Assembly (NCBI GenBank): GCA_964035545.1 | Contig: OZ037766.1 | Location: 11,708,722 to 11,772,721, forward strand | DNA from: Bugula neritina | Taxonomy: Eukaryota > Animalia > Bryozoa | Length of the DNA stretch: 64,000 nucleotides | Reading direction: 5' to 3' | Part shown: piece by piece, positions 1 to 22,262 of the stretch | How positions within the stretch are numbered: the stretch's first letter is position 1 | Layout of the letters: every line of letters starts with the position of its first letter | Made by a program: the position numbers and the translations under genes | The notes under the pieces: generated by a model | Database searches by the model: none | Seen by the model: the letters and a program-made list of their open reading frames with translations, nothing else | What the model was told of the DNA's origin: nothing

Positions 1-432
1 ACAAATTACAATTACCCCAACCCTGGTTTATAGTGCATAACTCCTATAGTTATAAGTTGCTTGAAGTCTGTGCAAATATCTTAGATTAGAATGCTTAGTT
101 TAAAAATCACACTACTGCCTGGCTTGGAAAATTCAGATTCAAATACTTCAATTCAAATAACTGCTGAGGAATAACTAAATAAAAGTACAAGATAATACAT
201 AGCTTTCACGAAATTATTGGTATTGTCCACTGATTGGCTGGATAAAAACAATTATCCAATCATAGTAAGACATGGAAAACTCATGAATATATGATTCATT
301 GTTGAAACATAGAAATATTTTGCTTACCTGGCTGTAAATTTCTGATAACACAACAATTTTCTAGCGTTCATTTTTCTGTCACAGATTAAATTTTACATAA
401 ATAAATAAACAAATAATGTTGGAATAATTGCA

Positions 433-7662
<7,230 letters not shown>

Positions 7663-8014
7663 TAGTAAGATTTGATTGAGTGTTTTGGTACATCAGTTTC
7701 AAGTTTTCTCTTCTAAACACATTTGCGTATGCAGTGCAATCAATAACCTTGTGTGTTAGTTGCACCAATGAGCATCCTACATAAAATTCCCACCTAAACC
7801 TGCTTATGTTCAAGTTTTTCATGCCTGCCTGCCGTGAGTTTTCTTAACCAAGCACCGAGTTCACTGGGCTTTTACTTTTTCGTGACTGCACCACTCTAAC
7901 TATAAACATAATATTGTATAAAGTGTGCATAGGCATCAGATATACCTGCAAGGAAAATTTGACTTCATCTAAGTTTTCTTTATTGAACTATTATTGCAAT
8001 TTTTACTATTTTAG

Positions 8015-8319
8015 AGGGAACTCTCCAATCTGCTGCGAATCAACAAAGTCAATTATCAAACGCAACATCAAATTTAGTTAATGGTAATCTAATACTGGCT
8101 TTAATAGTCTGGTTATGCGTGATAACATTGATACTCTTGCCACTGCTAATATGTGTACTAGTACAAAACTGCAGGCAAACAAACATTAAAGAGGACTATA
8201 CTGATTTACTGAACAACATACATGAGAAGTTGGACAATCAAAGTCAGTCTGACAGAAATCTCTTGCCTGACAATGAATCTACAATTTCCTCCATTCCTGA
8301 ATCAAGAAGCTATGCCTAA
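8015..8319 (+). CDS. Candidate alternative terminal exon of the gene above, encoding a second TM segment and cytoplasmic tail
   Basis: Acceptor ttttag at 8009-8014, phase 1 like the donor at 6967. Open frame GTLQSAANQQ...LILALIVWLCVITLILLPLLICVLV..RQTNIKEDYTDL...RSYA*. Confidence 0.65.
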
Positions 8320-9553
8320 ATTCATTTTTCTTCTTTATTGCTTTCAAGCATTGATAAAAGAATGGTGCAGTGCAAAATGAATGTAGAGTTAGTGTTTTGC
8401 CGCTTACAACTTTCTACCCACACAAATATATTTGATTTTGTGATTTTTCTACAAAAGTATAAAAGAATTCTGTTTATAATATATTCTTCTAACAAATTTC
8501 TGTATTTTCTTAATATTATAAAAACCTTTAATAAACTGCTTGATATAATAAATAAAAACTCAAACCTGTTACCTCATGTAAATATAACCATTAGTAATGG
8601 CATGAGGCTATATCACAGGACAATAAATATTCAAAAGCAAATGAATCTATTTGGCCAGTAAAAATACGACACAAAAATATCTCAGCAAAAATATTTTAAA
8701 ATTTTATCATGCAAATGCATATTTTGATAGCATAAATTTTACACATCTTTCATATTGTCTAAACTTGCACCAAATGGTATTATAGCAGGATTATCAATGT
8801 TAGCTTTATAGACATGGGATGGGGACTGTGTGGAGCTTCTAGTGGTAGGTTGACTCATATCTTTCATCTGTATACACATGAGCTCTGTATAATACAATGA
8901 TGCCGTTATTTCACCATTTATCAATTTACCATAAAAGAAATTTTATAAAAGTGTAGGAAAAAGTCATTTCTCAAAGTAATTTATTATTAGCTTTATAAAT
9001 TTCCATTTAGCCAAGAATCATTTCGCAAAATATTTACAAAACAATGAAAACATAAGCTGAACAATGAAGGAGTTTGCAATAGGAACTAGCTAGCACTATT
9101 AAACAAATACTATTGCTGACTAGTGTGAAAATAATACATTTTAGGATATGCAACCAAATAAATATAAAAGACAATTTGCATTTGAGTACTGTTATAAAAA
9201 ATATTCAGAGTTCTGAGTTTTCAACAACTTAAATTTTATACATCTGAAGTTATTGCATGAAAAACGAGTCTATAACGAAAGGATTCGAATCTGTTTTTAT
9301 AACTTGGAAGTAACTGAACTAGACAGATTTCCTGTTATATCAATTAAGACAAGATGATATTCATTTGCTACAGCTTGTACTCAACTGCTGAAAGACATCA
9401 ACTTCTATATTATTGGAAAATAAAATGCATGAGAAGTTTTTTATACATGCAATGGATTGGTTAGTCTATCCAGATGTCTAGCTTGTTGTTCTACTGTCAG
9501 GCATGCAGCTATCATATAACTGAAGTCAATACCTTCTTCTAAAGTTGGCTATG

Positions 9554-12500
9554 TCACAAGGCAAATATGAGACATGAGTGAGATAAGATACCTTCACCAC
9601 CTGAAGCACCAGAAGCACCCGAGCTACCCTGAGTTGATTGACGGAGAGATGAATCTCCATCAACATGTTGAGAACTGTTTAAAGCCTGGTATGCATCAGT
9701 TTTGCTTAGATCTGTGTCAGCTACAACATGGGAAAGGCGTTTTAACATACAAAGTAGCATGCAATATCTTGCATATACAGTAATACAGTACTATAGTACA
9801 ATATAGCTGGTGCTGGTGGTAATAGAAGAAACAGAAAAATATTTTATGACATGCCAACAGAAAAAAGGGAACAAAATCGTGACATAACATATTAAGGTTA
9901 TAGGGTTATTATAATATTTATATAGAAAGAATGGTATGACTCATTACATTTTCTGACTTGTTTTAAAGCTGATGCTTCTTCTGTGACTTTAGAAACAGCT
10001 TGACTCCTCGGTCTGGAAGTGACTTGTGTGATCCTACCTATAGACAGTACAGACATTACATGCTACAAATGTCAAGGTCATTTTAGCATAGACTGCAGTT
10101 GTTACCTAAACCCTTAACTTTATGACTTCTGAGTTGTAGATTACTAACAGTACACAAACATACAACTATAACCAATAGCATACTCACAACTCTCCCATTC
10201 TTTCTGAATACAAAGAATTGCAACATATACTTCAGCTGAACTTGAATTGATAATTAGTCCAGCACTCGTTACCAATAGCAACGGTTCTGTCTTGCTAACT
10301 AATGCCAAAGGATTCAGAGTGATCGGATTACCTGGTACTGGACGAACAGAATTGCTGAAGAGAGAGTAACCTGTGCTGGACGGTTGGAGGATGGCATTAG
10401 CCTGTGTTGTTGTTAGGTCCAACATGTTAGCTATAACCATCATTTTTCTCTGAAAAAAAAACCATAATCATATTAAAATATGAGAGGAATAAAAAACAAT
10501 CTTTCAGAGGTCTAAGTCTCAGAACATTTTTGTTAATTCAAATGAATAACCAACATGTAGTAGGACTAGCGTGTGTTAGGTGTGTATTTCCACAAATTAA
10601 AACCCATAAAAAAAGCTATTTGAAAATTTAACCATTTGAAAGATGTATATGAAAAACATATGATGGTAGTCAAATTGGAAAAGAAAATCCTTTGCCTAAT
10701 ACAGATTTCTGTATATAGCACAGTTTCAAATTTTCTAGAAAATTGAAAAGTCTCAAAGTTGATGAAGTTCCTTTTATGTAGAAGCTGAGCTGTTTTACAA
10801 GAAGTCATAAAGTTAAAAGAAAATAAACACAAAATTAAAGAACCAAGACAATCCTGTTTCGAAAAAATTTAAAAGCTTTAAGACCTCACTAAAAATCATA
10901 GCACCTTTGCAAAATAGATACCTGGAACACACAAATGAATAAAAATGGTTTCTAAAATACCCATTATAAATTTCAGTCAATAAATTTCATTTTAGTAAAA
11001 ATGCGTTATAGTGAATTATTTAACTATTGACCATTCATGAACTGTCTTGCAGGGTAGTTCATGTGAGGAGTTTAATTTCTTTATAACAAGACTTATAAGT
11101 TTTCCGTTGGACCAAGTATCTTTTCAAAGACTAACAACACAAAAATAAAAAATTCAACAACTCTGAAACTGGTCTTAGATATGCATTTTTCTCAATAAAA
11201 AAATAATCAGTCATTTGCAAAATAATCACAAACGAAATACGCAATATGAAAAATTTGAAAAAACATTTTGGAATTTATTTCATAACCAACTAGCCGTTGA
11301 GATTTTTTGGGGATCTCTTAAAGCTACCATTGTGCCCATCAAATAGCTTTAGAAACATACTTGTCTAGCCTTAGTGCGACCTTTAGTCAGCCTTTGTTTA
11401 GCGGCAACACATCTAATGTGATCATCAAAGGTCAACTTAGCAGTGAGCAGAGGCAGTGGCTTAGCTAGATGGGAAGATGCAGGCTTGTGAATGTTGATAT
11501 GAAGAGATCTGCTATCATCTCGGTCTCCAGTGACCTCTACGTCCTGAATAGATTCACACAGAACACCAACATAAAAAGAGGTACGTGTAGACTATAATAT
11601 CCTAAACACTATCATTAAACCTGTTATAACTAGGAACCAGGGGTATTAGTCAGATTCGCACTGGACTGTAGTGTATATTCAGCTGAACAATCAACTTTCT
11701 AAATTATTAATGAGACTAGAGCCTTGTGTGCTGCACATTTGCACACACAACACTTCCAAAAGGGAATAAAATATCACAGGTAGAAAGAAATCAATGGTGT
11801 GCAAATTCTACACTTCAATTATGTATTACACAAGAGGCACAGCGCATCTGTTGATATAAATGTTTCCAGGAAATGATGTCATATCCAACAACACATCGTC
11901 AGCATACGGGCTACAACCGACTAAGGTAAACTAGTCAAACTAGACATGTAATTGTGGTAGACTGAAAACAACGTATCAACCTGCAAATATCCAGCAAATC
12001 GGACGACTCCCCACCCCAGACGCCCGGTCTCTGGCTCCACCATTATCAACTGTGTTATATCAATGACCAGAAACCGTCTTTCTTTTTTTGAAGATTTGCT
12101 AAAAAGAAAAAGTAGATAACTCTACACTGTAGTTCTTATCTAACATTGTAAGGTTGATTCTATCCTAATACATATTTCACACATATTATGAAGCATAAGA
12201 TATAAAAAATATTACAATATCGTAAAAGTTCTTGCTGCTTCATTCAAATGTAATTCTCAGTTAGTTAAAAATAACATGAATACTCAACTATGAGCATACC
12301 AACGGTATTATACAGCATACTTCTTTACTGCATAGATGTTGTAATGAGAAAATAATATTTTTAATCATAATTATGACCTTTGTATGTCTGAATATAATGT
12401 TGAAAAATGTAAAAATAACTACTTGGGTGAAATGAGAATGCAGGTGACATGCAAATAAGTCACGTATGGCAAGCAGGATTGTCAAGTATAACATCTTATA

Positions 12501-15500
12501 ACAATATATAATAATATAATAATACTTACTCTCTGATAACTGTACATCCAATTAAATCACTGTTATCTACAAAATAAACCATTCGAAAGTCAAAGCTAAG
12601 CTGACTACAAGTGGGTATTTAATATTAAAAGCAGAATAAAATCTGGAGTTGTTTTCCCAACCTCAGAAGTACGTCAGCACACAGGGCTGCTCAGTTGCAT
12701 AATTCTTATACAGATTTGGAGTTGTGTACCCCAAAAATTAGTTTTTATAGTATATTACAGGTTCGTACTGTGAAAAGTAATCCACTTACTAAGGTCCAGA
12801 ACATCTCCAACTTTAACACAGTCACTAGATTTACTCAGGGGTAGCTGGGTTTCTATATCACCATTGAGATTCTGTAGTAGTTTCCTAATGTGTAGGTACA
12901 CCCTGATTGCCTGTGTATAATATATTGCACAGTAAGTGTGATATAGTGACATGACACACAGAATATTCTAAATATATCCTTATGGACCAGAAACATCATT
13001 AAACATACATAAAAGAGAAACATTTTTTTGTTTACTACTGTATTTATCTAAACAAAGTATACTTATATTTCAAATACCTCTGTATCCATCTTAAATCGTT
13101 CAATTAACTTAAAATTAATTCGAAATAGAAGCTTATTTTGCTTATTTAGATAAATAAAGAAGCAAGCAAAAAATGTTTTTTGTTTCTTAAAATATTTATA
13201 ACTATATGTACGAAAACTTGTCCCCCAAAGTGCCAACAAAAGAATAATCTGCTGATAAGCAGAAGCAAACAACCTTTCTTATTCGCTCCACTTCTCCGCA
13301 GGGGAGTCTCTGAATAAACTTGATGTCAGTAAGGGGGGTGCTGGTGGGCTGCAGTAATATTGTGGCTTCCATTGTTAGGTACTCAACATTCAACTCTCTT
13401 TTCTAAAAAAGACACATTTATTTGTAAGGAGGGGTAGATGTTTTAAAGTTGAAGCAGATTCTTGAAAATCTACTTCCATGGGAAGATGTTGAGGTGAAAA
13501 TAAAAAAGAGAGATCGTTTCAAGTAAGTCTAGCAAAGCTTCGACTCAGCCGATTGACTTGAGCTCTCTAAACTGGTCAGGTAATTGCCTGTTGCAAATCA
13601 AGTAATACAGAGTTATTATTTTTTTGCAGTATCATTTTCAAACACAATAAAACATTTATCAATGAAAATGTAACTGCTTCCAAGAATTTGAAACTGAATT
13701 TAGTATTAGGGTGCTTGTATGCTGGGAATACTAAGCTTAATTTCCATGATGCACACAGGAAAGACAATTCTCACCACACAGCATGGAAGCCTTACCGTCA
13801 TTTCTCTGAATTCATCTTCAAACATATCTAGAAATATCTCCTCTGTCTTAAAAACATTTCTCAGCAAAGCCATGCTTTCCTCCTTGATGCTGATGAGAGT
13901 GGCATAGTGGTTGTCACGGAGACAGCTCGTCCCATCATCCATAACAACTAGCATATTCAGTACCATAATAGACAGCTCAAGGGTGGCCAACCGTACCTTC
14001 CCAGCTGGAATATAGTTACAACACAAAAGGTCATCTGCACACCATGCATGGTCCAACTCAGACTTAGATCATTTCTAAAATTAGTACTATTCTTTTTATA
14101 AAAATATTCATATGATGCAAGTGTAACAACTTACCAAACTGACTACTCAAAGTAATTATTTTAATAATCTTATCGACTAAAAGTTCATTGTAGGTATCTT
14201 TTTGTTTAGACATCCTTGTGGTAAAATTTATGGTGTCCAATTGTTCTTGATTCAAACCTAAAAACAGAATACATATTTTATCACATTGGCTTTTTATTGA
14301 TATAATACTGCTGCATTGCTGCACGATGTCACACGAGAAAGAAAACACAAGTACAATATTCATAAAAGATAGAATTGGCTTGTTTAACAATAAACATCCA
14401 TCTAAGGTTTTAGTTAAGGTGTCAGAAAGCACTTAGCCTGACAAAAAAGCAAGTTTTTGCAAACACAAAGATAACTTTCTAGTTAATAACTTCACATTTA
14501 ACTCATTAGCAAAAACACTGAAATCGTTGCATAACAATATTGGCTCAATGTTTTGATATAAAGAATACCTATTCAAACCAAAGAAGTTGCAGTTCAGAGA
14601 TTGGATGTGTAGATAAATAAATCTCAACTTTGCATTAGAGTTACTTAGAGCACTGTAAGTTAGTGTTGGGTACTCTTTGTACATCTACTGTATTTATATG
14701 ATCACACACTCATCAGTGTTGAGTCCATTATTTTTGTTGTACACAATTCCGTTAGCATGAGCTCTTTTTGCAAAAAACAGCCTGCATTGGATATTTCATA
14801 CTTTTTTCCTTCATTCTCAAAGCTGAAAGCACATAGGCTACGCAACCACTGAATATCACATAGAATAGATGTTAATTTAAGGTGTCTTGCTTAGTTAAAG
14901 GCAACTGCAGGTCTACTTGTAAACCAGTCTATTATTTTAACCAAACACCCAGGCTTCAATGTATTTAGTGAATCTTGATATTTTATGCCATAAAACTGGC
15001 ATTATATAGGTACAGTTGCTAGTTATGGCCAATACCATCCATTAAATTAGAAGGGTAAAAATAACACTACATGAGGGCATTATTCTAGGAATATCGGTTA
15101 ATTATCTTTTTTTAGTAGTAACTAATGCTAAACGAACCATGCATAACCATTTTAATTCATCAACAATATCACTATTCTAACTTAACTCTAAATGACGTTA
15201 TTTTTCTATAACAAAAATCTGAATGAAAAAGCTAAATGTTAGGGGAAAGCATTGTAAAAAAGATAGTTTCAAAACTATTCAAACACCATAAGGTATAATC
15301 TTTAGCTACAAATGATGTGAAAACAAAACAAAATACTCACATTATATGATGCCTAGATGACTACTATATGACTATTATATAACAATATGACTAAACGATG
15401 ACAAAGCTGCAATAGATACACATGAACAAGGAACAAGAAGAAGGAACAAGAAGCCTACACAAAAAGTCTACAACAGCAGTTCTCAATCAGTTCAGGGTGT

Positions 15501-18500
15501 GTACCCCTTTCATTCCTCCTAGAGTTTCAAGTAGCCTTCTACATTTATACTTTATATTATAACATCAACATACACATAAACTGATAAATACTACATGTTA
15601 TTCAATGCATGTAACATTTCTAATAGACGAAGTGCCCTTTAAATTTCTTTAACGTCCAAGGGTGGGAATTTGAATAAACAGCCTGAAAGCAACATGAACG
15701 CAGGAGAAAAGTGAACTTCAAGCAGACAAAAAACTGCTATTATAGTCCTAGTTATTGCCAATGACTGCAGTGAAGACTCATAAATAGAGCAGAAATGCTG
15801 GAGGTATGTGCAAGTTGAGTGATTCTAGAAGGTGCTAGAATGTCTAACACTCATGTATAACGATCAAAGCCTGCATGTTCAGATGAGAGTCAAATCTAGT
15901 ATAATTACACATACATGAAACGCTGGTAGACACTTATTAGTGTTGACACTTGACTAGTATGAGTATACAAGTCTACATAGACACCAAGTCAATACAATAT
16001 AAGTCTTACAGAGTAGAGCATAAAACAATTGTCAGTCTTCTTTTACTCAAAAACAATATAGCAGACATGTTTGACTAACAATAAGACCAGTTTCACAGTC
16101 CTATATATACTAAACTGGTAGCCACACTTTTATCACTAGAACTCATTACATATGAAACAAATCAACCATGAATACTACATCAAAGTACAGTTATTTTAGA
16201 TAAATGAGTTACTCCTGTCAATAACTATAAATCTTTACATTGCATTAGGTTGGCGACAGAGTACATGAATTGCTATTACAACATTTAAAGCTTTATCAAA
16301 ATAATTACCAAGTTGGTAGTTCAAAACGTTATCTGAAATGTAAAAATACAGCCCATACTGCCATCTCAAATAGCTACTAATCATTCAACAATAAACACTA
16401 TAAATTTCCTACAATCAAAACCTTTTACTTTGTAAGAGTAAGTAGAAAACATTTCTACAGTATGTGGCAATTTTGTCTGCTTTTGTCTACTTTAAAAAAG
16501 GTTAAAAAGTAAATGTAATTTTATAAATTTTTGTATAAAGCTTGGCTGCAAAAGACTCACAAAATATACAGGATTACCTACCAGTGTTCTGTCCTATAGC
16601 ATAGAGAAGGCACAGAATTACCTACCAGTGTTCTGTCCTATAGCATAGAGAAGGCACAGAATTACCTACCAGTGTTCTGTCCTATAGTATAGAGAAGGCA
16701 CAGAATTACCTACCAGTGTTCTGTCCTATAGCATAGAGAAGGCACAGAATTACCTACCAGTGTTCTGTCCTATAGCATAGAGAAGGCACAGAATTACCTA
16801 CCAGTGTTCTGTCCTATAGCATAGAGAAGACACAGAATTACCTACCAGTGTTCTGTCCTATAGTATAGAGAAGGCACAGAATTACCTACCAGTGTTCTGT
16901 CCTATAGCATAGAGAAAACACAGAATTACCTACTAGTGTTCTGTCCTATAGTATAGAGAAGGCACAGAATTACCTACCAGTGTTTTGTCCTATAGCATAG
17001 AGAAGACACAGGGCTAACAAAGCACGGAAATCATCATCTACTGCATCCAGGCATTCCACTATTGCTTTTATATATGGCCTGTAACACAAAACCTGTACCT
17101 GTATATCTATATTAGACTACAGCATACTGTCCACAGAATTATATAGTTTATATTTACTGGCTACTCGAAGAGGTGTTTGTATTCTACTGGACAGTTTGTG
17201 CTTTGAAAGGTAGAAGGCCTCAATTCATGCAGATTTATTCATTTTGTTCAAAAAACAAGATTGAATTGCATATCTTCTAAACTAAACGTTTCCTCGCCAT
17301 ATATGGTACTTCATAGCCAAATAAACGTCTGAAAATCTCAGTTCCCTATTGACTTTCTATCTCATGATGTTTTAGAAAAAAACAGTTGAGTAGAAAGCAG
17401 TTATATTGCATAATGAATGTTTCGAAAACATCAGCGCGTTACAACAGAAACCCATACCTCTGAAGAAGAGAGAGTGATGACGCAGTGACTGAATCCTTGC
17501 TCAACTTCTCATCGTCGGTTGTGTTGGTTTGGGATTCGGCAAGACTAACTTCTGGGCTAGCAGATTCTAAAAACATAAAAACATATTCCATACACAATTA
17601 TTTCAACAGTTAAACAACAGAGTAGATGTAGGATTTGGTGACTCAACATTTAGATAGAGTCATGCAATATTATGCTAAGCAATAAATTCTACCAGGAATG
17701 ACTAGGATAACAGATAAGTGCTGTGAACTTGTGAGTGACCAGTTACAGTATACTATAATACATGTAGCGTATTGTAGTATACTGTAGTACATGCAGTATA
17801 CTGTGGTACACGCAGTGTGCTGTAGTATACTGTAGTACATGTAGTATACTGTTTACTGTAGTGTACTGTAGTGCATGTAGTATACTGTAGTATACTGTAG
17901 TATACTGTAGTTTACTGCAGTTCATGTAGTGTATCAAACTAACCTTGTTGATCCTCCAGCTGTTCCACAGGGGTACTCGCAAGGGCACTCACAGGGGTAC
18001 TCTCAGGGATACTCTCAGGGGCACTGGCCCTCCTCTCCAAGTGCCCAAACTCGTCCTTCAGTGAGACATTTGGTGCAATGAACTGTACAATGGTGGGGTG
18101 CAGAGCTGACTCCGTGCTGGAGAATGCACCAGTATTCCCTCTGGTGGGGCCAAGAAGAAGGGACATGAGCCGCCGCACCAGTGGCTGGTGGTGAATAATC
18201 AAGAAGACTTGGGACAGCAGGAACAGTGACACTGCTTCCGAGATTTGTGGAGCAGGTTTCTACAAGATAAGTTTCAGATATAAAACTCAACAGTCAGTAA
18301 AATGGTACTGCCACATATAACACAGTATATTCATACTATGTAAGTAAAAGTAAAGTCAATGAGCTGCATATATGATAGTCTTATAAGCACAAAACAAACA
18401 ACAGATGGTATACTACATGTACTACTACAGTACAATAGATGTGCTACAGTGCCTATTACAAATAGATTTCATTATTATCCTGTAGCCCACCAAAACTTCT

Positions 18501-21500
18501 AACTATTACACAACACACAGTTGCATGAGTGACTGTCAGTTCATTGTCTAACCTGAGAATCCTGGTCAGGAATTAGACTATTGACATAGAGTGGAATATA
18601 TAGCCTGTTGAGCAGATAGTCTGTTAATATATTATTGAGGAGGTCAATGCCCAGCCCGAGTATATCATTGAGATAGTGAAGGTGGTCTAAATGCTCTGCC
18701 ACTAAATCCTGCAGCTTGTCTTTACTCTTGTGACTGAAACACAAACAATACTGTATATAAACTATATAATTCCGCTATAAATACACTGTACTAAATTAAA
18801 AGTTTTCAACCCTATAGGTCTAATAGTGTAGGCATAAGAGCTAACGTTACACGTTACACTGCTAGCTAACCCTGAATACGGATGGTTAAAGTTTTTCCAA
18901 TATAAATATTTTTATGGCAATGCTGTAATGTGAATCTGTTATAAAAATAAAACTTAATGAGCAACTAACTTTATGTCGTGTTGAACACAGCTGTTTAGTT
19001 CCAATACATGATTTCCCATATACCAGACGAGGTTAGAGAAATATGGTGCACATGTTTTCTCTCTGATGAATGTTTGCATTCTTTGGTTTTCAACTACAAT
19101 TAGAAAACTTTCATTTGCATAATAAAATAACAAGTACACTTTGGCTAACAAATTGCATGCCTTGCCATCAACTCAAATTAGTCCTAAAACAAACTGCAAG
19201 TAAAAAATATACAAGTGTGGGACAAAGAAGGAGCGCCAACTAACTTATTTGGTACTAAATCACTTTCTACCATATGTTTCTCCGAATATGTATACACCGA
19301 CGCTACTCACCTCTATATATGTTGAGAGTGATGGTACGCACAGCAATTCTCACCATACTCTCTGAATGATTGAAGAACTTGATGGCTTGTGTGTACAGTG
19401 GAAAGTCTTCAGAATGCTAAGACATAACGTGTTAATAGTAGCAGTAATGACACGCAACACAATATTAAATTATAGATTCTAGCTCAAAACTGCACAATAC
19501 TAATTCCATTCTAACAATCAGCTAATAAAAAGATTGGCTAACTGTAGCAAGAGAGCTAGAAGAATGTTGGTTACCTCATTGAAGAAGAAGTGAATGGTGT
19601 ACTTGTTAAGCTTCAGGGACAGAGTCTTCATAAAAGATATGTAGTAGGCCATCACCTGACAAACAAGTAGAAAAGATTAACAGGGCGTTGGGTAAGGTCA
19701 ACTTATACATTCTATGCAGAACTGCTTCTAGGGGGAAGTGATACTAGTCATGCTCATGCTTTCAGTTGCTTTAACTTCATTGGAATGATTGTACAGTGAA
19801 CTAAGCAGCAGTTGATAGTCGATACATTTGAAGTACTGCCAAAAGAACAGACAAGATCAACTGCATGATGGTAGTAGTATTCCTTTATCTACATACCTCT
19901 TCATCTGTAAAGTCAAACTGGTGGCTAATTATAGAATTCACATGGTTGTTGGAAAGAAGAAAATCTACAAAAAAAATTTCAGCATAATAATAAAACAGTA
20001 AAAGTTTGATAAAAAAAAGGGTTTTTCAACTTGGCAAGTTGAAATTTTAAAAATTATAATGACTGGTTTATTTATATGTTTGTAAACAAGAGTTGTATTT
20101 TTTAACATCAATACAGGACTAGCTGACAGTAACAAATCATTTAGCACTCTATCATGTGACATATTCCATATCCTATGTGCATATATTTGTATCATTGAAT
20201 TTTAGATATGGGTAAAGTGCACTAACATGCAAAGGCTACGTCATGTGGACTCACTGATGTAATCGATATTTATAGTTGATGAAATAGTATTATGTAATAA
20301 ACTTTTGGGACAACTGTTTTGCTTATCTCCTTGCTCACCCTAAATTGTTGACCTAAATCGGTAATCTAGTAATAATTCAGTAAAGTATTATAAATATATG
20401 TTATATAATAAAAGTTAAACCAATGATTTATCAGACAAAAAAGCTGAGAAATGACCTTCCAGATAGCATCACCACCCTGTGTAGAACTTAGATGACACAT
20501 AGTAAGTCACTTACATATACAGGTTTCCTTGCTTATGTTTTCAAACAGAATGTTTAGCGTCTGCAGCAGCTGAACGGAGATGTATTGTCCACTCTTTTGC
20601 TCCAGATATTTGATGAAAAATACAAGCATGTTCTTTTCCAGAAAGAAACTACAAATCAAACAAAAACAGGATAGAATGTATATTCAGTATAATATGGTCA
20701 GGTACATCAACTGCCAAGCAATTTACACTTCTGCTTCATGTTTTATATGCACTGTAATAATTAATAAATGTACATAGTGATACATTGCACATCAGGTAAA
20801 GAAGATATAACCTTATAGAATACATATACCGTGTATAAGGGTCGCTTAACAGCTTAATATAGCTTATAGAAGCAACCTTGTACACTTGAACGTACACACA
20901 AAAGTTACCAGGACAAGGGTTATTGTTATAAGCAGCTCAATGGGTTAACGAGTGAAATTATAGTTTAAGCATATGGAAAATTATTTAAAAAAAACAATAG
21001 ATGGAATGAGTGACAGAAAATAATATATTATTTGAATGAAAAAAAATTGCCTTTAAAATATTGGTGAAATTTGACCTTGAATTAAGAGTGATGTAATAAA
21101 CAGACTTGGTTGACCTTTTAAATGGCTTATCTCTGAGTAACCTGATAAACAAAGTCCTAGTTTTGAACTTTTACCTAGATTTAGCCTCATGCACACAAAA
21201 GTAGTGTAACCTACAGCATATCTTATACAGTAGCTATAGTATATCTTATACAGTAGCTATAGCATATCTTATACAGTAGCTATAGTATATCTTATACAGT
21301 AGCTATAGCATATCTTATACAGTAACTATAGCATGTCTTATACAGTAGCTATAGTATATCTTATACAGTAGCTACAGTATATCTTATACAGTAGCTATAG
21401 TATATCTTATACAGTAACTATAGTATATCTTATACAGTAGCTATAGTATATCTTATACAGTAACTATAGCATGTCTTATACAATAGCTATAGCACTCCCT

Positions 21501-22262
21501 TTATAGTAGCTACAGTATATCTTATAGAGCAGTTATAGCTCATTTTATATAGAAGATATAACATATTTTAGACAGTAACCAGTGAAGGTTACCCGTACAG
21601 ATGCCGGCAGAATTAACTCACTCAAAAACTGTGCTATCATTCTGGTCACCCCAGATGAGAATCTCCGAGATAGATCTGAGTGTCTCAACTAAGAGAGCTC
21701 GGTTTGACTCTGTGACTGTCTGGTGCCGCAATAGCACATTGTAAAGATACCTAAAACACAGCAGCATTGTAGTAACTAGAAGCAGATGAAGAATGAAATA
21801 AAAATATTAGTAAATACTGTTAGGGAGCAGTTGTAGTGGTTAGAGGGCTGGCCTAGTAAACCTAAAGTCAATGGTTTCAGTACAAACATCAGTGGTGATG
21901 TTAGGAGGAGCATTCAGTCATAATTGCTCTTGTTTCACATCTGAATAAGTACTTAGCTTTAAAAACTCCTGTTGATCAGGAGTTTTCACAGGGATAAAGA
22001 CTATAAACTTGTGTGAGTTTTATTAACTGTGAAAACTGTATTGATGGCTGCTAAAGCTATATTCAAAGTGTATGTAAACACATATTGTAACTGTCGTGCA
22101 GCATCCAGCATAATATACATGAAGTTCATGTAATGTTACAAAGTACACAATATTACTCCGTAAAAAGTGTAAAACTCAACAACCATAATAAACTCACTTT
22201 AGATTCTCCAGAGAATGCACATTTTTAGGTTTGGAGGATCCGAAAATCTTGTTTCGCAACAT
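9554..22262 (-). CDS. CLEC16A: Protein CLEC16A homolog (TT9/gop-1/ema family), ~20 exons; C-terminal exons uncertain
   Basis: ATG at 22262: [22 protein letters not shown]|YLYNVL...[23 protein letters not shown]|FFLEKNML. Further exons read [35 protein letters not shown] and [12 protein letters not shown], matching the recalled CLEC16A sequence. Confidence 0.93.
16573..17011. repeat. Tandem array of 10 x 44 bp overlapping a CLEC16A exon end and 5' splice site
   Basis: Unit attacctaccagtgttctgtcctatagcatagagaaggcacaga recurs at 16573, 16617 ... 16969. Confidence 0.95.
17750..17915. repeat. Degenerate tactgtagta(ta/ca) minisatellite in a CLEC16A intron
   Basis: Seen directly. Confidence 0.8.
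21211..21545. repeat. 23-bp tandem repeat, ~14 copies, intronic
   Basis: Unit g(c/t)atatcttatacagtagctata. Confidence 0.93.
21826..22010 (+). mobile_element. tRNA-derived SINE, degenerate, family A
   Basis: tRNA-like head (tgtagtggttag), core taggaggagcattcagtcataattgctc, tail tttcacaggga. Homologous to 39869-40050 and 53480-53665. Confidence 0.7.

Noticed and set aside
8739-8924. ORF as the terminal CLEC16A exon
   Set aside because: No phase-compatible acceptor for this frame could be established; the CLEC16A 3' end remains uncertain.
16573-17011. CRISPR-like regular array
   Set aside because: Units are head-to-tail with no unique spacers, the context is a eukaryotic intron, and there are no cas genes.
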